64,000 bases of DNA, taken from positions 32,800,001 through 32,864,000 of the forward strand of contig NC_086109.1 in NCBI RefSeq assembly GCF_963921235.1. Reading direction: 5' to 3'. This DNA is from Mobula hypostoma. Taxonomy: Eukaryota. Positions 12,992 through 25,692 of this stretch are shown here, one piece after another. The translations under genes and the position numbers were made by a program. A model generated the notes under the pieces. The model saw nothing but the letters and a program-made list of their open reading frames with translations. It was not told where the DNA came from and made no database searches. Within the stretch, counting starts at the first letter, position 1. Every line of letters begins with the position of its first letter.

Positions 12992-14301
12992 CAACACACA
13001 CAAAATGCTGGTGGAACGCAGCAGGCCAGACAGCATCCATAGGAAGAAGCACAGTTGAAGTTTCGAGCCGAGACCCTTCGTCAGGACTAACTGAAAGAAG
13101 AGATAGTCAGAGATTTGAAAGTGGGAGGAGGAAGGGGAGATCTGAAATGATAGGAGAAGACAAGAGGGGGAGGGATAGAGCTAAGAGCTGGAAGGTTGAT
13201 TGGCAAAAGGGATACAAGGCTGTAGAAGGGAGAGGATCATGGGACAGGAGGCCTAGGGAGAAAGAAAGGGGGAGGGGAGCGCCGGAGGAAGATGGAGATC
13301 AGGTAAGAAGTGATTGTGAGAGGGACAGAGAGAGAAAAAAGAGAGGAAAAAAAGGAAAAAATAAAAAATAATAAATAAATAAGGGATGGGATAAGAATGG
13401 GAGGAGAGGCATTAATGGAAGTTAGAGAAGTCAATGTTCATGCCATCAGGTTGGAGGCTACCCAGACAGAATATAAGGTGGGAGACCATTTCGCTGAACA
13501 TCTACGCTCTGTCTGCCAGAGAAAGCAGGATCTCCCAGTGGCCACACATTTTAATTCCACGTCCCATTCCCATTCTGATATATCTATCCATGACCTCCTC
13601 TACTTTCAAGAAGAAGCCACACTCAGGTTGGAGGAACGATCCTTACTCTTCCTTCAGTTAGTCCTGACGAAGGGTCTCGGCCTGAAACGTCGACTGCGCC
13701 TCTTCCTATAGATGCTGCTTGGTCTGCTGCGTTCACCAGCAACTTTGATGTATGTTGCTTGAATTTCCAGCATCTGCAGAATTCCTGTTGTTTACCTTAT
13801 ATTCCATGTGGGTAGCCTCACTGATTTCTCTAACTTCCGTTAATGTCCCTCCTCCCATTCTTATCCCATCCCTTATTTATTTATTATTTTTTATTTTTTC
13901 CCTTTTTTTCTCTCTCTCTCTTTTTTCTCTCTCTGTCCCTCTCACAATGACTCCTTGCCTGCTGTCCATCTTCCTCTGGTGCTCCCCTCCCCCTTTCTTT
14001 CTCCCTAGGCCTCCCATCCCATTATCCTCTCCCTTCTCCAGCTTTGTATCCCTTTTGCCAATCAACCTTCCAGCTCTTAGCTCTATCCCTCCCCCTCCTG
14101 TCTTCTCCTATCATTTCAGATCTCCCCCTCCCCCTCCCTCTTTCAAATCTCTTACTATCTCTTCTTTCAGTTAGTCCTGACGAAGCGTCTCGGCCCGAAA
14201 CGTTGACCGTGCTTCTTCCTATGGATGCTGCCTGGCCTGCTGCGTTCCACCAGCATTTTGTGTGTGTTGCTTGAATTTCCAGCATCTGCAGATTTCCTCG
14301 T
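12992..14301. mobile_element. Penelope-derived fold-back composite
   Basis: Inverted pLTR arms of about 440 bp; internal GIY-YIG scrap; 15-bp duplication ATGTGAGAAGACTAG (12977-12991 and 14302-14316). Confidence 0.85.
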
Positions 14302-15120
14302 ATGTGAGAAGACTAGGATGGTCTGTGATTGTTCAGTGTAGATGTGAAACGGTTAGATGAATCATGCAAAAAAGCAAAGAAAATGAACAAAAGTTAAAGG
14401 AAAAGACACAGAAAGAACAGGCAAATGATAATAGTGTTTGAAAGGGAACAATTAACACCAGACCCTGAGGTTGAAGCAGATGCTTTACTCCTGCCTTCCC
14501 CAAATATAGTTTCAACACCGCCTATCCAAGTGGCACCCCTTACGTACTCAGCGAATGCCGGCATTTGCCCCAGTTTCCCAATAGCATTAAGAGATGGGAG
14601 GCAGAGGAGTGCAGAGGAGTGCAGAGGGGATGAGCAAAATGTTGATTTAAACTTAAAAATTGTTTCCCTCACTCTGTAAATTGGCATGGAAAACTCAGTG
14701 TCGGACAGAATACAATGATGCTAATGAATATGCAGAATGCGTGCGTAAACGTTTTCAGAAGTATTCTAAATTAACTCTAGGAGCAGGGACGCCAGTCATA
14801 ATAAATGTTATTGTATATAAGTTGCAACCTAGGTTAAGGAAAAACATGTACTGTTATTTGCGTGAGATGAGGGAGTTAATTAATATTGCAGGCGTTTTAC
14901 AATATTGCCAGCAGCAATTACAACATCAAAGGATTAAAGTTCATAAACATGAGAAAATCTGCTGATGTTGGAAGTCCAAAGCAACACATACAAAATGCTG
15001 GAGGAACTCAGCCAGAAAATTGACTGCTTACTCTTTCCCATGGATGCTGCCCGGCCTTCTGAGTTCCTTCAGCATTTTGTGTGTGTTGCTTTGGATTAAA
15101 GCAGTTAAGGGGAATAGGAA

Positions 15121-18100
15121 CACACACAAAATGCTGGTAGAACACAGCAGGCCAAGCAGCATCTATAGGAAGAGGTACAGTCGACGTTTCGGTCCGAGAC
15201 CCTTCGTCAGGACTAACTGAAAGAAGAGATAGTAAGAGATTTGAAATAGGGAGGGGGAGGGGGAGATCCGAAATGATAGGTGAAGACAGGAGTGGAAGGG
15301 ATGAAGCTAAGATCTAGGAAGTTGATTGGCTAAAGGGAAACAAAGCTGGAGACACTGGAGAAAGAAAGGGAGAGGAGAGCACCAGAGGAAGATGGAGAGC
15401 AGGCAAGGAGTGATTGTGAGAGGGAGAGAGAGAAAAAAAAGGGCGGAAATAATAAATGAATAAATAAATAAAATAGCGGATTGGGTAAGAAGGTGAGGAG
15501 GGGCATTAGCAGAAGTTAGAGAAATCAATGTTCATGCCATCAGGTTGGAGGCTACCCAGATGGAATATAACGTGTTGTTCCTCCAACCTGAGTGTGGCTT
15601 CATAGAACATAGAACATAGAATATTTCAGCGCAGTACAGGCCCTTCGGTGCCAACCCTCAAACCCTGCCTCCCATATAAGCCCCCACCTTAAATTCCTCC
15701 ATATACCTGTCTAGTGGTCTCTTAAACTTCACTGGTGTATCTGCCTCCACCACTGACTCAGGCAGTGTATTCCTTGCATCAACCACTCTCTGAGTAAAAA
15801 ACCTTCCTCTAATATCCCCCTTGAACTTCCCACGCTTTACCTTAAAGCCATGTCCTCTTGTATTGAGCAGTGGTGCCCTGGGGAAGAGGCGCTGGCTATC
15901 CACTCTATCTATTCCTCTTATTATCTTGTACACCTCTATCATGTCTCCTCTCATTCTCCTTCTCTCCAAAGAGTAAAGCCCTAGCTCCCTTAATCTCTGA
16001 TCATAATGCATACTCTCTAAACCATGCAGCATCCTGGTAAATCTCCTCCGTACCCTTTCCAATGCTTCCACATCCTTCCTATAGTGAGGCGACCAGAACT
16101 GGACACAGTACTCCAAGTGTGGCCTAACCAGAGTTTTATAGAGCTGCATCATTACATCGCGACTCTTAAACTCTATCCCTCGATTTATGAAAGCTAATAT
16201 AAGCTTTCTTAACTACCCTATCGACCTGTGAGGCAACTTTCAGGGATCTGTGGACATGTACCCCCAGATCCCTCTGCTCCTCCACACTACCAAGTATCCT
16301 GCCATTTACTTTGTACTCTACCTTGGAGTTTGTCCTTCCAAAGTGTACCACCTCACACTACTCCGGGTTGAACTCCATCTGCCACTTCTCAGCCCATTCC
16401 TGCATCCTATCAATGTCTCACTGCAATCTTTGACAATCCTCTACACTACCTACAACACCACCAACCTTTGTGTCGTCTGCAAACTTGCCAACCCACCCTT
16501 CTACCCCCACATCCAGGTCGTTAATAAAAATCACGAAAAGTAGAGGTCCCAGAACAGATCCTTGTGGGACACCACTAGTCACAATCCTCCAATCTGAATG
16601 TACTCCCTCCACCACCACCCTCTGCCTTCTGCAGGCAAGCCAATTCTGAATCCACCTGGCCAAACTTCCTTGGATCCCATGTTTTCTGACTTTCTGAATA
16701 AGCCTACCATGTGGAACCTTGTCAAATGCCTTACTAAAATCCATATAGATCACATCCACTGCACTATCCTCATCTATATACCTGGTCACCTCCTCAAAGA
16801 ACTCTATCAGGCTTGTTAGACACGATCTGCCCTTCACAAAGCCATGCTGACTGTCCCTGATCAGAACATGGTTCTCTAAATGCCCAGAGATCCTATCTCT
16901 AAGAATCTTTTCCAACAGCTTTCCCACCACAGACGTAAGGCTCGCTGGTCTATAATTACCCAGACTATCCCTACTACCTTTTTTGAACAAGGGGACAACA
17001 TTCGCCTCCCTCCAATCCTCTGGTACCATTCCCGTGGACAACGAGGACATAAAGATCCTAGCCAGAGGCTCAGCAATCTCTTCCCTCGCCTCGTGGAGCA
17101 GCCTGGGGAATATTCCGTCAGACCCCGGGGACTTATCCGTCCTAATGTACTTTAACAACTCCAACACCTCCTCTCCCTTAATATCAACATGCTCCAGAAC
17201 ATCAACCTCACTCATATTGTCCTCACCATCATCAAGTTCCCTCTCATTGGTGAATACCGAAGAGAAGTATTCACTGAGGACCTCGCTCACTTCCACAGCC
17301 TCCAGGCACATCTTCCCACCTTTATCTCTAATTGGTCCTACCTTCACTCCTGTCATCCTTTTTTCTTCACAAAATTGAAGAATGCCTTGGGGTTTTCCTT
17401 TACCCTACTAGCCAAGGCCTTCTCATGCCCCCTTCTTGCTCTTCTCAGCCCCTTCTTAACCTCCTTTCTTGCTTCCCTATATTCCTCAATAGACCCATCT
17501 GATCCTTGCTTCCTAAACCTCATGTATGCTGCCTTCTTCCACCTGATTTTCCACCTCACTTGTCACCCATGGTTCCTTCACCCTACCATTCTTTATCTTC
17601 CTCACCGGGACAAATTTATCCCTAACGTCCTGCAAGAGATCTGTAAACATCGACCACATGTCCATAGTACATTTCCCTGCAAAAACATCATCCCAATTCA
17701 CACCCGCAAGTTCTAGCCTTATAGCCTCATAATTTGCCCCTCCCCAATTAAAAATTTTCCTGTCCTCTCTGATTCTATCCTTTTCATCTCGACAGTAAAG
17801 GAAGCCGTGGATAGACATATCAGAATGGGAATGGGACGTGGAACTAAAGTGTGTGGCCACTGGGAGATCCTGCTTTCTCTGGCGGACAGAGCCTAGGTGT
17901 TCAGTGAAATGGTCTCCCAGTCTGCATCGGGTCTCACCAATATATAGAAGGCCGCATCAGGAACACCGGACACAGTATATCACCCCAGCCGACTCACAGG
18001 TGAAGTGTCGCCTCACCTGGAAGGACTGTCTGGGGCCCTGAATGGTGGTGAGGGAGGAAGTGTAAGGGCATATGTAGCACTTGTTCCGCTTACAAGGATA

Positions 18101-19255
18101 AGTGCCAGGAGGGAGATCGGTGGGATGAATGGACAAGGGAGTCACATAGGGAGCTATCCCTGTGGAAAGCGGTGGGGGGGGGGAGGGAAAGATGTGCTTC
18201 GTGGTGGGATCCCGTTGGAGGTGGCGGAAGTTACGGAGAATTGTATGTTGGACCCGGAGGCTGGTGGGGTGGCAGGTGAGGACAAGGGGAACCCTATCCC
18301 TAGTGGGTTGGCAGGAGGATGGGGTGAGAGCAGATGTGCGTGAAATGGAAGAGATGTGTTTGAGAGCAGAGTTGATGGTGGAGGATGAGAAGCCCCTTTA
18401 TTTAAAAAAGGAGGACATCTCCCTCGTCCTGGAATGAAAGCCTCATCCTGAGAGCAGATGCAATGGAGACGGAGGAATTGTGAGAAGGGGATGGCATTTT
18501 TGCAAGAGACAGGGTAGCTGTCCAGGTAGCTGTGAGAATCAGTAGGCTTATAGTAGACATCAGTGGATAAACTGTCTCCAGAGACAGAGACAGAAAGATC
18601 AAGAAAAGGGAGGGAGGGGTCAGAAATGGACCAGGTAAATTTGAAGGCAGGGTGAAAGTTGGAGGCAATGACATCAACGAGCTCAGCATGCATGCAGGAA
18701 GCAGCACCAATGCAATCGTCGATGTAGCAAAGGAAAAGTGGGGGACAGATATCGGTATAGGCTTGGAACGTGGACTGTTCCAACAAAAAGGCAGGCATAG
18801 CTGGGACTCATACGGGTGCCCATGGCTACACCTTTGGTTTGGAGGAAGTGGGAGGAGCCAAAGGAGAAATTATTTGGAGGAAGGACTAATTCCGCTAGAT
18901 GGAGGAGAGTGGTGGTAGAGGGGAACTGGTTAGGTATGGAATCCAAAAAGAAGCGGAGAGCTTTGAGACCTTCCTGGTGGGGGATGGAGGTATATAGGGA
19001 CTGGACATCCATGGTGAAAATAAGACAGTGAGTGCCAGGGAACGTAAAATCATTGAAAAGATTCAGAGCGTGAGAAGTGTCACGAACATAGGTGGGAAGG
19101 GATTGAACAAGGGGGGAATAAAACCGTGTCAAGGTATGCAGAAATGAGTTCGGTGGGGCAGGAGCAAGCTGAGACAATAGGTCTACCTGGACAGGCAGGT
19201 TTGTGGATCTTAGGTAGGAGGTAGAAGCGTGATGTGTGGGCTGTGGGAACAATAT
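15121..19255 (-). mobile_element. Penelope-like element (RT plus GIY-YIG), frameshifted and split by a CR1
   Basis: [48 protein letters not shown], and GIY-YIG GVIYCVRCS; pLTR at 15121-15530. Confidence 0.92.
15604..17782 (-). mobile_element. CR1 LINE, 5'-truncated ORF2
   Basis: [44 protein letters not shown]; (CATAGAA)n tail; TTCAT duplicated at the junctions. Confidence 0.95.
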
Positions 19256-19434
19256 TTGTGTGCGGCTTCCTGGCTGCTTCACTGGAGCTTTCACGCAATA
19301 TTGTACATGGTCTTAAAAGCAGCTGTCCCATACAATTTGAGTGTTATTTTAACTTAGAGATTTGTGACCAAATTTTGTCGAATCATTACTAGGTTAACTT
19401 CTGCTTAAAATTTCCATTATAATTTTTGTTTTTA

Positions 19435-19790
19435 ACAACTGTCAAAGAAGAGGCTGGAGAGCAAAGCGTTGGCCCGTGGAGGTCGGGTGTCGTGACTTTG
19501 CAGGCCAGTCGCTCTGCAAAGTATACACTGCACTTGGAATCACGGGAGAGAGGAGAAGGAGAGCCATTTCTACCATCACAGATGCAGCAGAGAAGGCGTC
19601 AAGACGGTTCTGGATAAAGAGGGCAGATCCATGGGTTGCTGCTTGGGCACAGGCCGGGGTCTGATCAACCCCCGTCGGGTCGCCTGGGCAAGAGTGTATG
19701 ATGTTGAAAGAATCGAAACACCTGACGACCCCCGGGTAACATCACTGATGATGTACCCTAGCTTAGCATCATACAGGTGTTTCTGTAAGA
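19435..19790 (+). mobile_element. HERO-type (restriction-like endonuclease) non-LTR retrotransposon 3' fragment
   Basis: CQRRGWRAKRWPVEVGCRDFAGQSLCKVYTALGITGERRRRAISTITDAAEKASRRFWIKR, followed by a 3' UTR. Confidence 0.75.
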
Positions 19791-20060
19791 ACCTGCTTTA
19801 TACATATATGGTTCATGTGACCCGCTTGTGACTGGTACTTTTTGTTTTGAAATTGGTAGACTTATATTTTAGATAATGCTATTCTAAATGTATGATTGTG
19901 GTTCTTTGATTCACATAGCAAACATTGAAATGTTTCACAAGAGAAAATCTGCAGATACTCGAAATCCAAAGTAACATAATGCCGGAGGAACCCAGCATCT
20001 ATGGAAAACATGACATTGACGTTTTGAGCTGAGACCCTTCATCAGAAATGGGATGGTGGG

Positions 20061-20560
20061 TGTCGTGGTTTCTCGTTTCTTACAAACAACAAGGAGACGC
20101 AGAAAATCCTTCAAAAAGTTTTAAACTTTAATTTGCAAATCAAAGCTGAGACAATCAGAAAGTTAGTAGCTGACTGCCCCTCGAGGCTTGTACACAGCAT
20201 TTTTTATAGCAATCTCCTATCTTAGCTACATTATCATATCCAGACGGCCTGTGATCACATATCATCAATACATCCGCTCTCAACCTTCCATTATTGTTTT
20301 ACTCCCCAATTTAATTATGTCCTAGTTTACTTTTTAGACCAGGTGTCCCCTCATCCCTAACCACAGTTATCTCTTAAATTTCCAGCATCTGCAGAATTCC
20401 TGTTGTTTATCTCTTAATTGGTCTTGTTTTGACATACTGCCACATATTTCATTACCTTACTCGCCACCGTTATCTTCCTACTTGGTTTCATTCTAGTTCT
20501 CTTCCTGAATTAATAGTGATTAGGTCAAAAGTCATGGCTACATAGTGAATACTTTCCACT
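20061..20560 (-). mobile_element. Probable solo LTR; right boundary uncertain
   Basis: TGTCGTGG terminus; ATTAAA and TATAAAA on the minus strand; no TSD found. Confidence 0.4.
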
Positions 20561-22209
20561 GAGCTAGTAGCAGTTACATAGTAAATATAGAAAATACAAT
20601 GTCCCTTTGAGTAAATACTGAAATACTGTTGAGTAAATATTGTAAATACTGTAATACATAGAAAATACAATGTATGCGTTTACATTTTCCAATATGGGCA
20701 AGGTAGGGGTGAAACCTGGGGATGTCTGCCTGGGGTATGTTTTCTATAAAAAAGACAGCCTGGCCAAGGGCGCGAAAATGCCTTCAGGATAAAGCAACTT
20801 GAATAGAAGTGTCTGCCTCCACTGCCACCAACACCATAGACTATGCAGTTTAGTTTAAACAATCCGTTCCTGAACTGTACTTAAGAATTTGTACAAATTT
20901 AATTACGCCTGGTTAATTATGCCAATTTTAATTATGATGTGAACTCATATGTCATTTACCATGGTTTTCCCTCTCAATTTTATACTGGGAAAAAACCCTA
21001 GTGGATACCTGGTCTGGGCACCTCATATAGAAGCTGAGATGGCACAGCTACCATCCCTCCTGTTCTGCTCAAGCTACTGAACCTTTTTTACCCGAACGAA
21101 AGCCTGCATCCTTGCAGCCAGTGCTGCTGAAACATTTATACTGAATCTCGTTATACAAGTAGCACATGGTAATGGACAATTATGGAAACTACGTGGGACT
21201 TTGGAACTCCAGTAAAACACAACGAATTAACTATGTACCTTTTCCTGCTTTTCAATTACTTCCTGCAATTGCTGTCATAAACTTTGCAGCTCATACTTAC
21301 AGGAAGGATAAAATAAGCAGAGGGACAAATGAGATGACTCCTTTGCTAAAGCAGCAACAGCAGGTCTGTATGGCTACGTAGCACTCCAGTGTAATCAGGC
21401 TGCCAATACTTTATAAATTCAACTGATGAACTAGTACAATTACAGCTTGATTCATCGGTGGCTGAAAGGAGTTTATGGACTAAAAGCACAGACAATGGGT
21501 ATAATTGAAAATGAGAGATTCTGGACCATAGCACGAAAAGCAGCAGCAATTGTATGATTTGCTAGAGACAATCCAGTTTTTGACGTCGCTGGGCCGTTGC
21601 CCAGGAAGTTATTGTGCATCTCCAAATGGACTTTGTGCAGTTACTTAAGTGTATGGGTTGTGATTATGCATTTGTTATTGTGTTTGTTTTCTCCATGTGT
21701 AGAAGCTTATTAAACGCTCTGAAATGATGCTGTAACTTACTAAATATCTGAGTACCAGAATTTTTTCTCATTTTTGGGATCCCTGGGAAAACCTCAAGTG
21801 ATAATGGTCCTCACTTTATCGGTAAAGTTATATAAGAGTTGACAAAAGCCTTGCAGTATAAGCATCATTTCACCTGCCCTTATCACCTTCAACTTCATGA
21901 GGCAGCTCAAAGACAGAATGAGGCCCTGAAATGCAGTTTAGCAAAAGTGCATGATGAGACCGAGCTAAAGTGGACAAGGGCGCTTCAACCAGCCCTCATG
22001 ATAATGCGGTGCACTCCACAGTGCATAACAGACCTATCTCTACATGAGTCGCTTCCACCTTTTTTGGTTAAACAGATCGACGTCCATATTATGAGTGAAA
22101 GCTTATTGCATTATTGTATATCATTACCACAAGCTCTTAAAAGTTCCCATCAACAGGTACTTGAAGACCTGAAGATCAACCTGGCTGCAAAGTGCCATGC
22201 CTATCAGAG

Positions 22210-25185
22210 TGTCAGGAAACGTAGAGGAGCCTTAAACCAAAAACAGAGCAATGGAGACTATTTACGATAACTTAAATAGACTGCAAAATAACAAGCCACG
22301 AGGAGCCACAAAACAAGAGAGAAGAGAAACTAAACACAACAGAAAGCAAGGTAACTGAAGGCTAGGAGCAACTGGTTGAGACCAACTATTTGATGAGTGA
22401 ACAAAGACTGTGGATGAGAACTAGGGTTAAATAGGCTGCAGGTGATAAGTTAGTAATGAGGGGCAGGTGTCTCCTATGAGCTGGGTGGAGACTGGGAGGT
22501 GTGTACATGTGCAGGACTGATAGCCCCCTCCCTGCCACTACATCACACCTATGATGAGCCAGGACAATCAGGGTGGGAACTCCTTGATGAGTGATGGATC
22601 CAAGTTGTTACTAGATGGCACCCAAGATCTCTCCTCAGGGCCGTACCATTCCTAATCGATCAGGTACTGTACACACCATCCATGACAAAGTGGTTCCATC
22701 AAGCAGCAAACTGTGTACACTGGATCACTGGGGCATATCTCCGGTGGACGGACAGACATGGTCCCTGGGCCAAAGTAGTCTGACTGGGTGCTGATAGTGG
22801 TTGGCCTGGTGGCTGTAGGTTTGGTTGGCAGCTAGGATGCTCTCCATGCCCTCTTCCAAGGATTCCAGCAGTGGCGAACGAGAGCCCTGGCAGATGGGAT
22901 CTCCATCTTTGACTCTTCCATGGGGAACAATGGGGGCTTGAAGCCATGAAGCACTTCAAAGGGTGACATACCCATGACAGAGGAAGGTTATAGATTGAGG
23001 AACAGCACGGCCCAGAGCAGATGCTTCTTCCACGTGGAAGAGTTGGAGCTGGCAAGGCATCGAAGAAACTTCTCCATTTGCTGATTGGCTCTTTCTGACT
23101 GACCCCTGGTCTGTGGATGATAGCCAGAGGACAAACTCACTGAGTTGCAGAGCAGGGAGCAGGAGGCTCACCAGAAGTGGGAGATGAATTGTGGGCCCAG
23201 GTCTGACACAATGTCCTGACAGAAGCTGTGGAGGTGAACTACATGTTGGAGAACCTTGTCCACCACCTCTGTGGCTGATGGAGGTTTGAGGGGGGCAATG
23301 AAGTGGGTGGCCTTGGAGAACTAATCCACCATTGTCATGATAACCATGTAACTGTGGCCCCATCAAAAGATGATAAAACCATGATGAAATCCATGTTGAT
23401 GTGGGACCATGGGCATTGAGGTTCTGATAGGGCTGCAGGAGACCAGAGGACTGCTAGTTGGAGGTATTAGACTCGGCACATTGAAGGTTGGCGGCATTGA
23501 ACTTTTGACCATCTAGCACCATTGTGGGTCACCAGAACCAGTGTAACAGAAAATCCAGATTATTTTGTGTGCCTGGATGGCCAGAGAGGGGTGAGGAGTT
23601 CAGGCTGCTGGCACATACATGCAGCTGTGGGCGGGGGGTGGGGGTAACCCAAGATGGGGGCAGTGTTGGGAGAGTCGATCAGGAGGAACTGGATGGACCC
23701 GCAGTGCTCTGATGCTCATGTGCCTGAAGGAACCCGTGTGTCAGTCAGCGTGCGTGTTCTGACTATCCCAGACCCCAGGGGATGCCCATCACTGGCTGTG
23801 GCGTAGAAAGCGTAGGGAGTCCAAGATGTACACACAGAGTCCGGTCCATAAAATTGTCTGCTGTGCCGGAATTCACCGGAGCCTGCTGTGCACATAGAGC
23901 CATTGGCGAGTGGAGCAGGTCAGAGAGAGTGAGTTGGCAGGGGAGAACTTACCAGATAGAAGGCCCTTCATCTAGATCTGGTGGCACCGTTTCCTGGACA
24001 TGGGTGGGCATTCGATGTATTGGTGATTGGCTGCTCCACAGTAAGTACAGAAGTTTTTTCTCCACCAACACTCGTGCTCTTGAGGGTGAAAGGAGCTCTC
24101 CCTACCTGTATGTGCTCTGGAGGCATCATCGATGAGGGTCCTGCAGCCTGAAATGGTTCTGGGAACAGAACTGGAGTTCTAGCTAATGACCTGGAGGGTC
24201 ATTCCATGAGAATCTTTTGAATACGGAGGCCCAGAGTGATGAGGTTTGCGAGGTTGGTGGGCATCTTCAAGGTAGACAGCTTGTCTTTCAAGCACTCCAA
24301 GAGACCATGATGGTAAATACCCAGCAGCATTTCCGCATTCCAGCCACACTCCGCTGCAAGGGCCCTAAATTCTAGCATGTAATCCAACACGTAGCGTGAG
24401 CCTTGACACAGTTGAAGTATCTGAACTGCTGCCTCCCTTCCACTTGCTGAATGGATGAAAACTTGTCGTATCTCAGCGGCAAAGTCCTCACATTAGTTGC
24501 AGGTAGTAGTTTTATTGTCCCATTTAGTGGCAGCGCTGGTCAGCTCTCTCCCAGTCAGAAGAGAGATGAGGAAGGCGATCTTGGCTCAGTCCGTAGAGCA
24601 CAAAGATGGCAGGAGCTTGAAGATTAAGATGCGCCGTGACAGGAAGTTGCAGGATTGAGTTGGGGATCCGTTGAAGCGTTCAGGCATGGAAATCCGAGAC
24701 TCGGAGGGAGGAGGTTGACTGGTATGAGGTTGCTGTATCAAAACAGGGAGTTGGAAGAGAATGGGGAGCAGATGATCAATGTTTTCCTGTTGCTTCTAGA
24801 TTGTATGCTCACGTTGACGGATGAGTTCCTTCAGGCAAACATTCTCTGCCGGTTCACTCATTCTGTCATGCGATGTAGAGGAGGAGGTCAGACCCAAAAG
24901 CAGAGCAGTGGAGATGATTTAGCTGTGAGCAATAACTTTAATAATAGATTGCAAAATAACAAGCCTTGAGGGGCCACAACATATGAGAGAACATGTATTA
25001 AACAAAACAGGCAACAAGGTAACTGGTCTATGAGCAACTGGTTGAGACCTGCTGGTTCGATGCGTGAACAAGGACTGCGGATGATAGGTGGGTTTAAATA
25101 GGCTGCAGGTGATGAATTAGGAATGAGTGCCAGGTGATTCCAATCAGCAGGGTGGAGATTGGGAGGTGTCTGCATGTACAGGGAG
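22210..25185 (-). mobile_element. Old chromoviral (sushi-like) gypsy element lacking RT
   Basis: Diverged LTRs at about 22210-22522 and 24864-25185; gag LDYMLEFRALAAECGWN; protease-like NSGTADNFMD; integrase PWSHINMDF and SDLGPQF; chromodomain-like YGPEERSWVP...LDPSLIKEF near 22580-22670. Confidence 0.85.
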
Positions 25186-25435
25186 AGTGGGTACCGGTGA
25201 GAGCTAGCCAAGGAAAAACTGTCTGAAACCTTGTTTGGGGAGGTCCATTACTCTAAATGTTGCTGACCACATATAAAGGTTCAAGGAAAGCAATGTGGAT
25301 ATATACCTCACACATTAATCCAGCTGTGCCACTGGACCAGGGAACAAGCGGCCAGAAGGGCTTTGATGGTAAGGACTGATAGACTGAACTCTGGATCTTT
25401 AAGAAGTTGTCTAAGAGAGGTGGCACTGATGCCAT

Positions 25436-25692
25436 TAGCTGGCTGGTGGCACAGTGACACCGGCGCCGGACTCCGGAGCGAAGGTTCCCGAGTTCAAACC
25501 CAGTCGGGCCGCTCCCAGGCACGCTTTCCATCCATGCCAGGTTGAGTGTCGAGCTCGCAACTCAGCCTCGTTAAAAAGAAGACTGTGCTGTGAGAAGGAC
25601 TTGGGGGACCACTCACAGAATCTTTCCTCCAAGACAACCACTTGAAAAGTGGTCGCCGAGGCTCTGGCAGAGTATGGCACACACAAAAAAAA
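25436..25692 (+). mobile_element. tRNA-derived SINE
   Basis: A-box-like TGGCACAGTG, B-box GAGTTCAAACC and an A-tail; inserted in the ERV env remnant. Confidence 0.7.
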
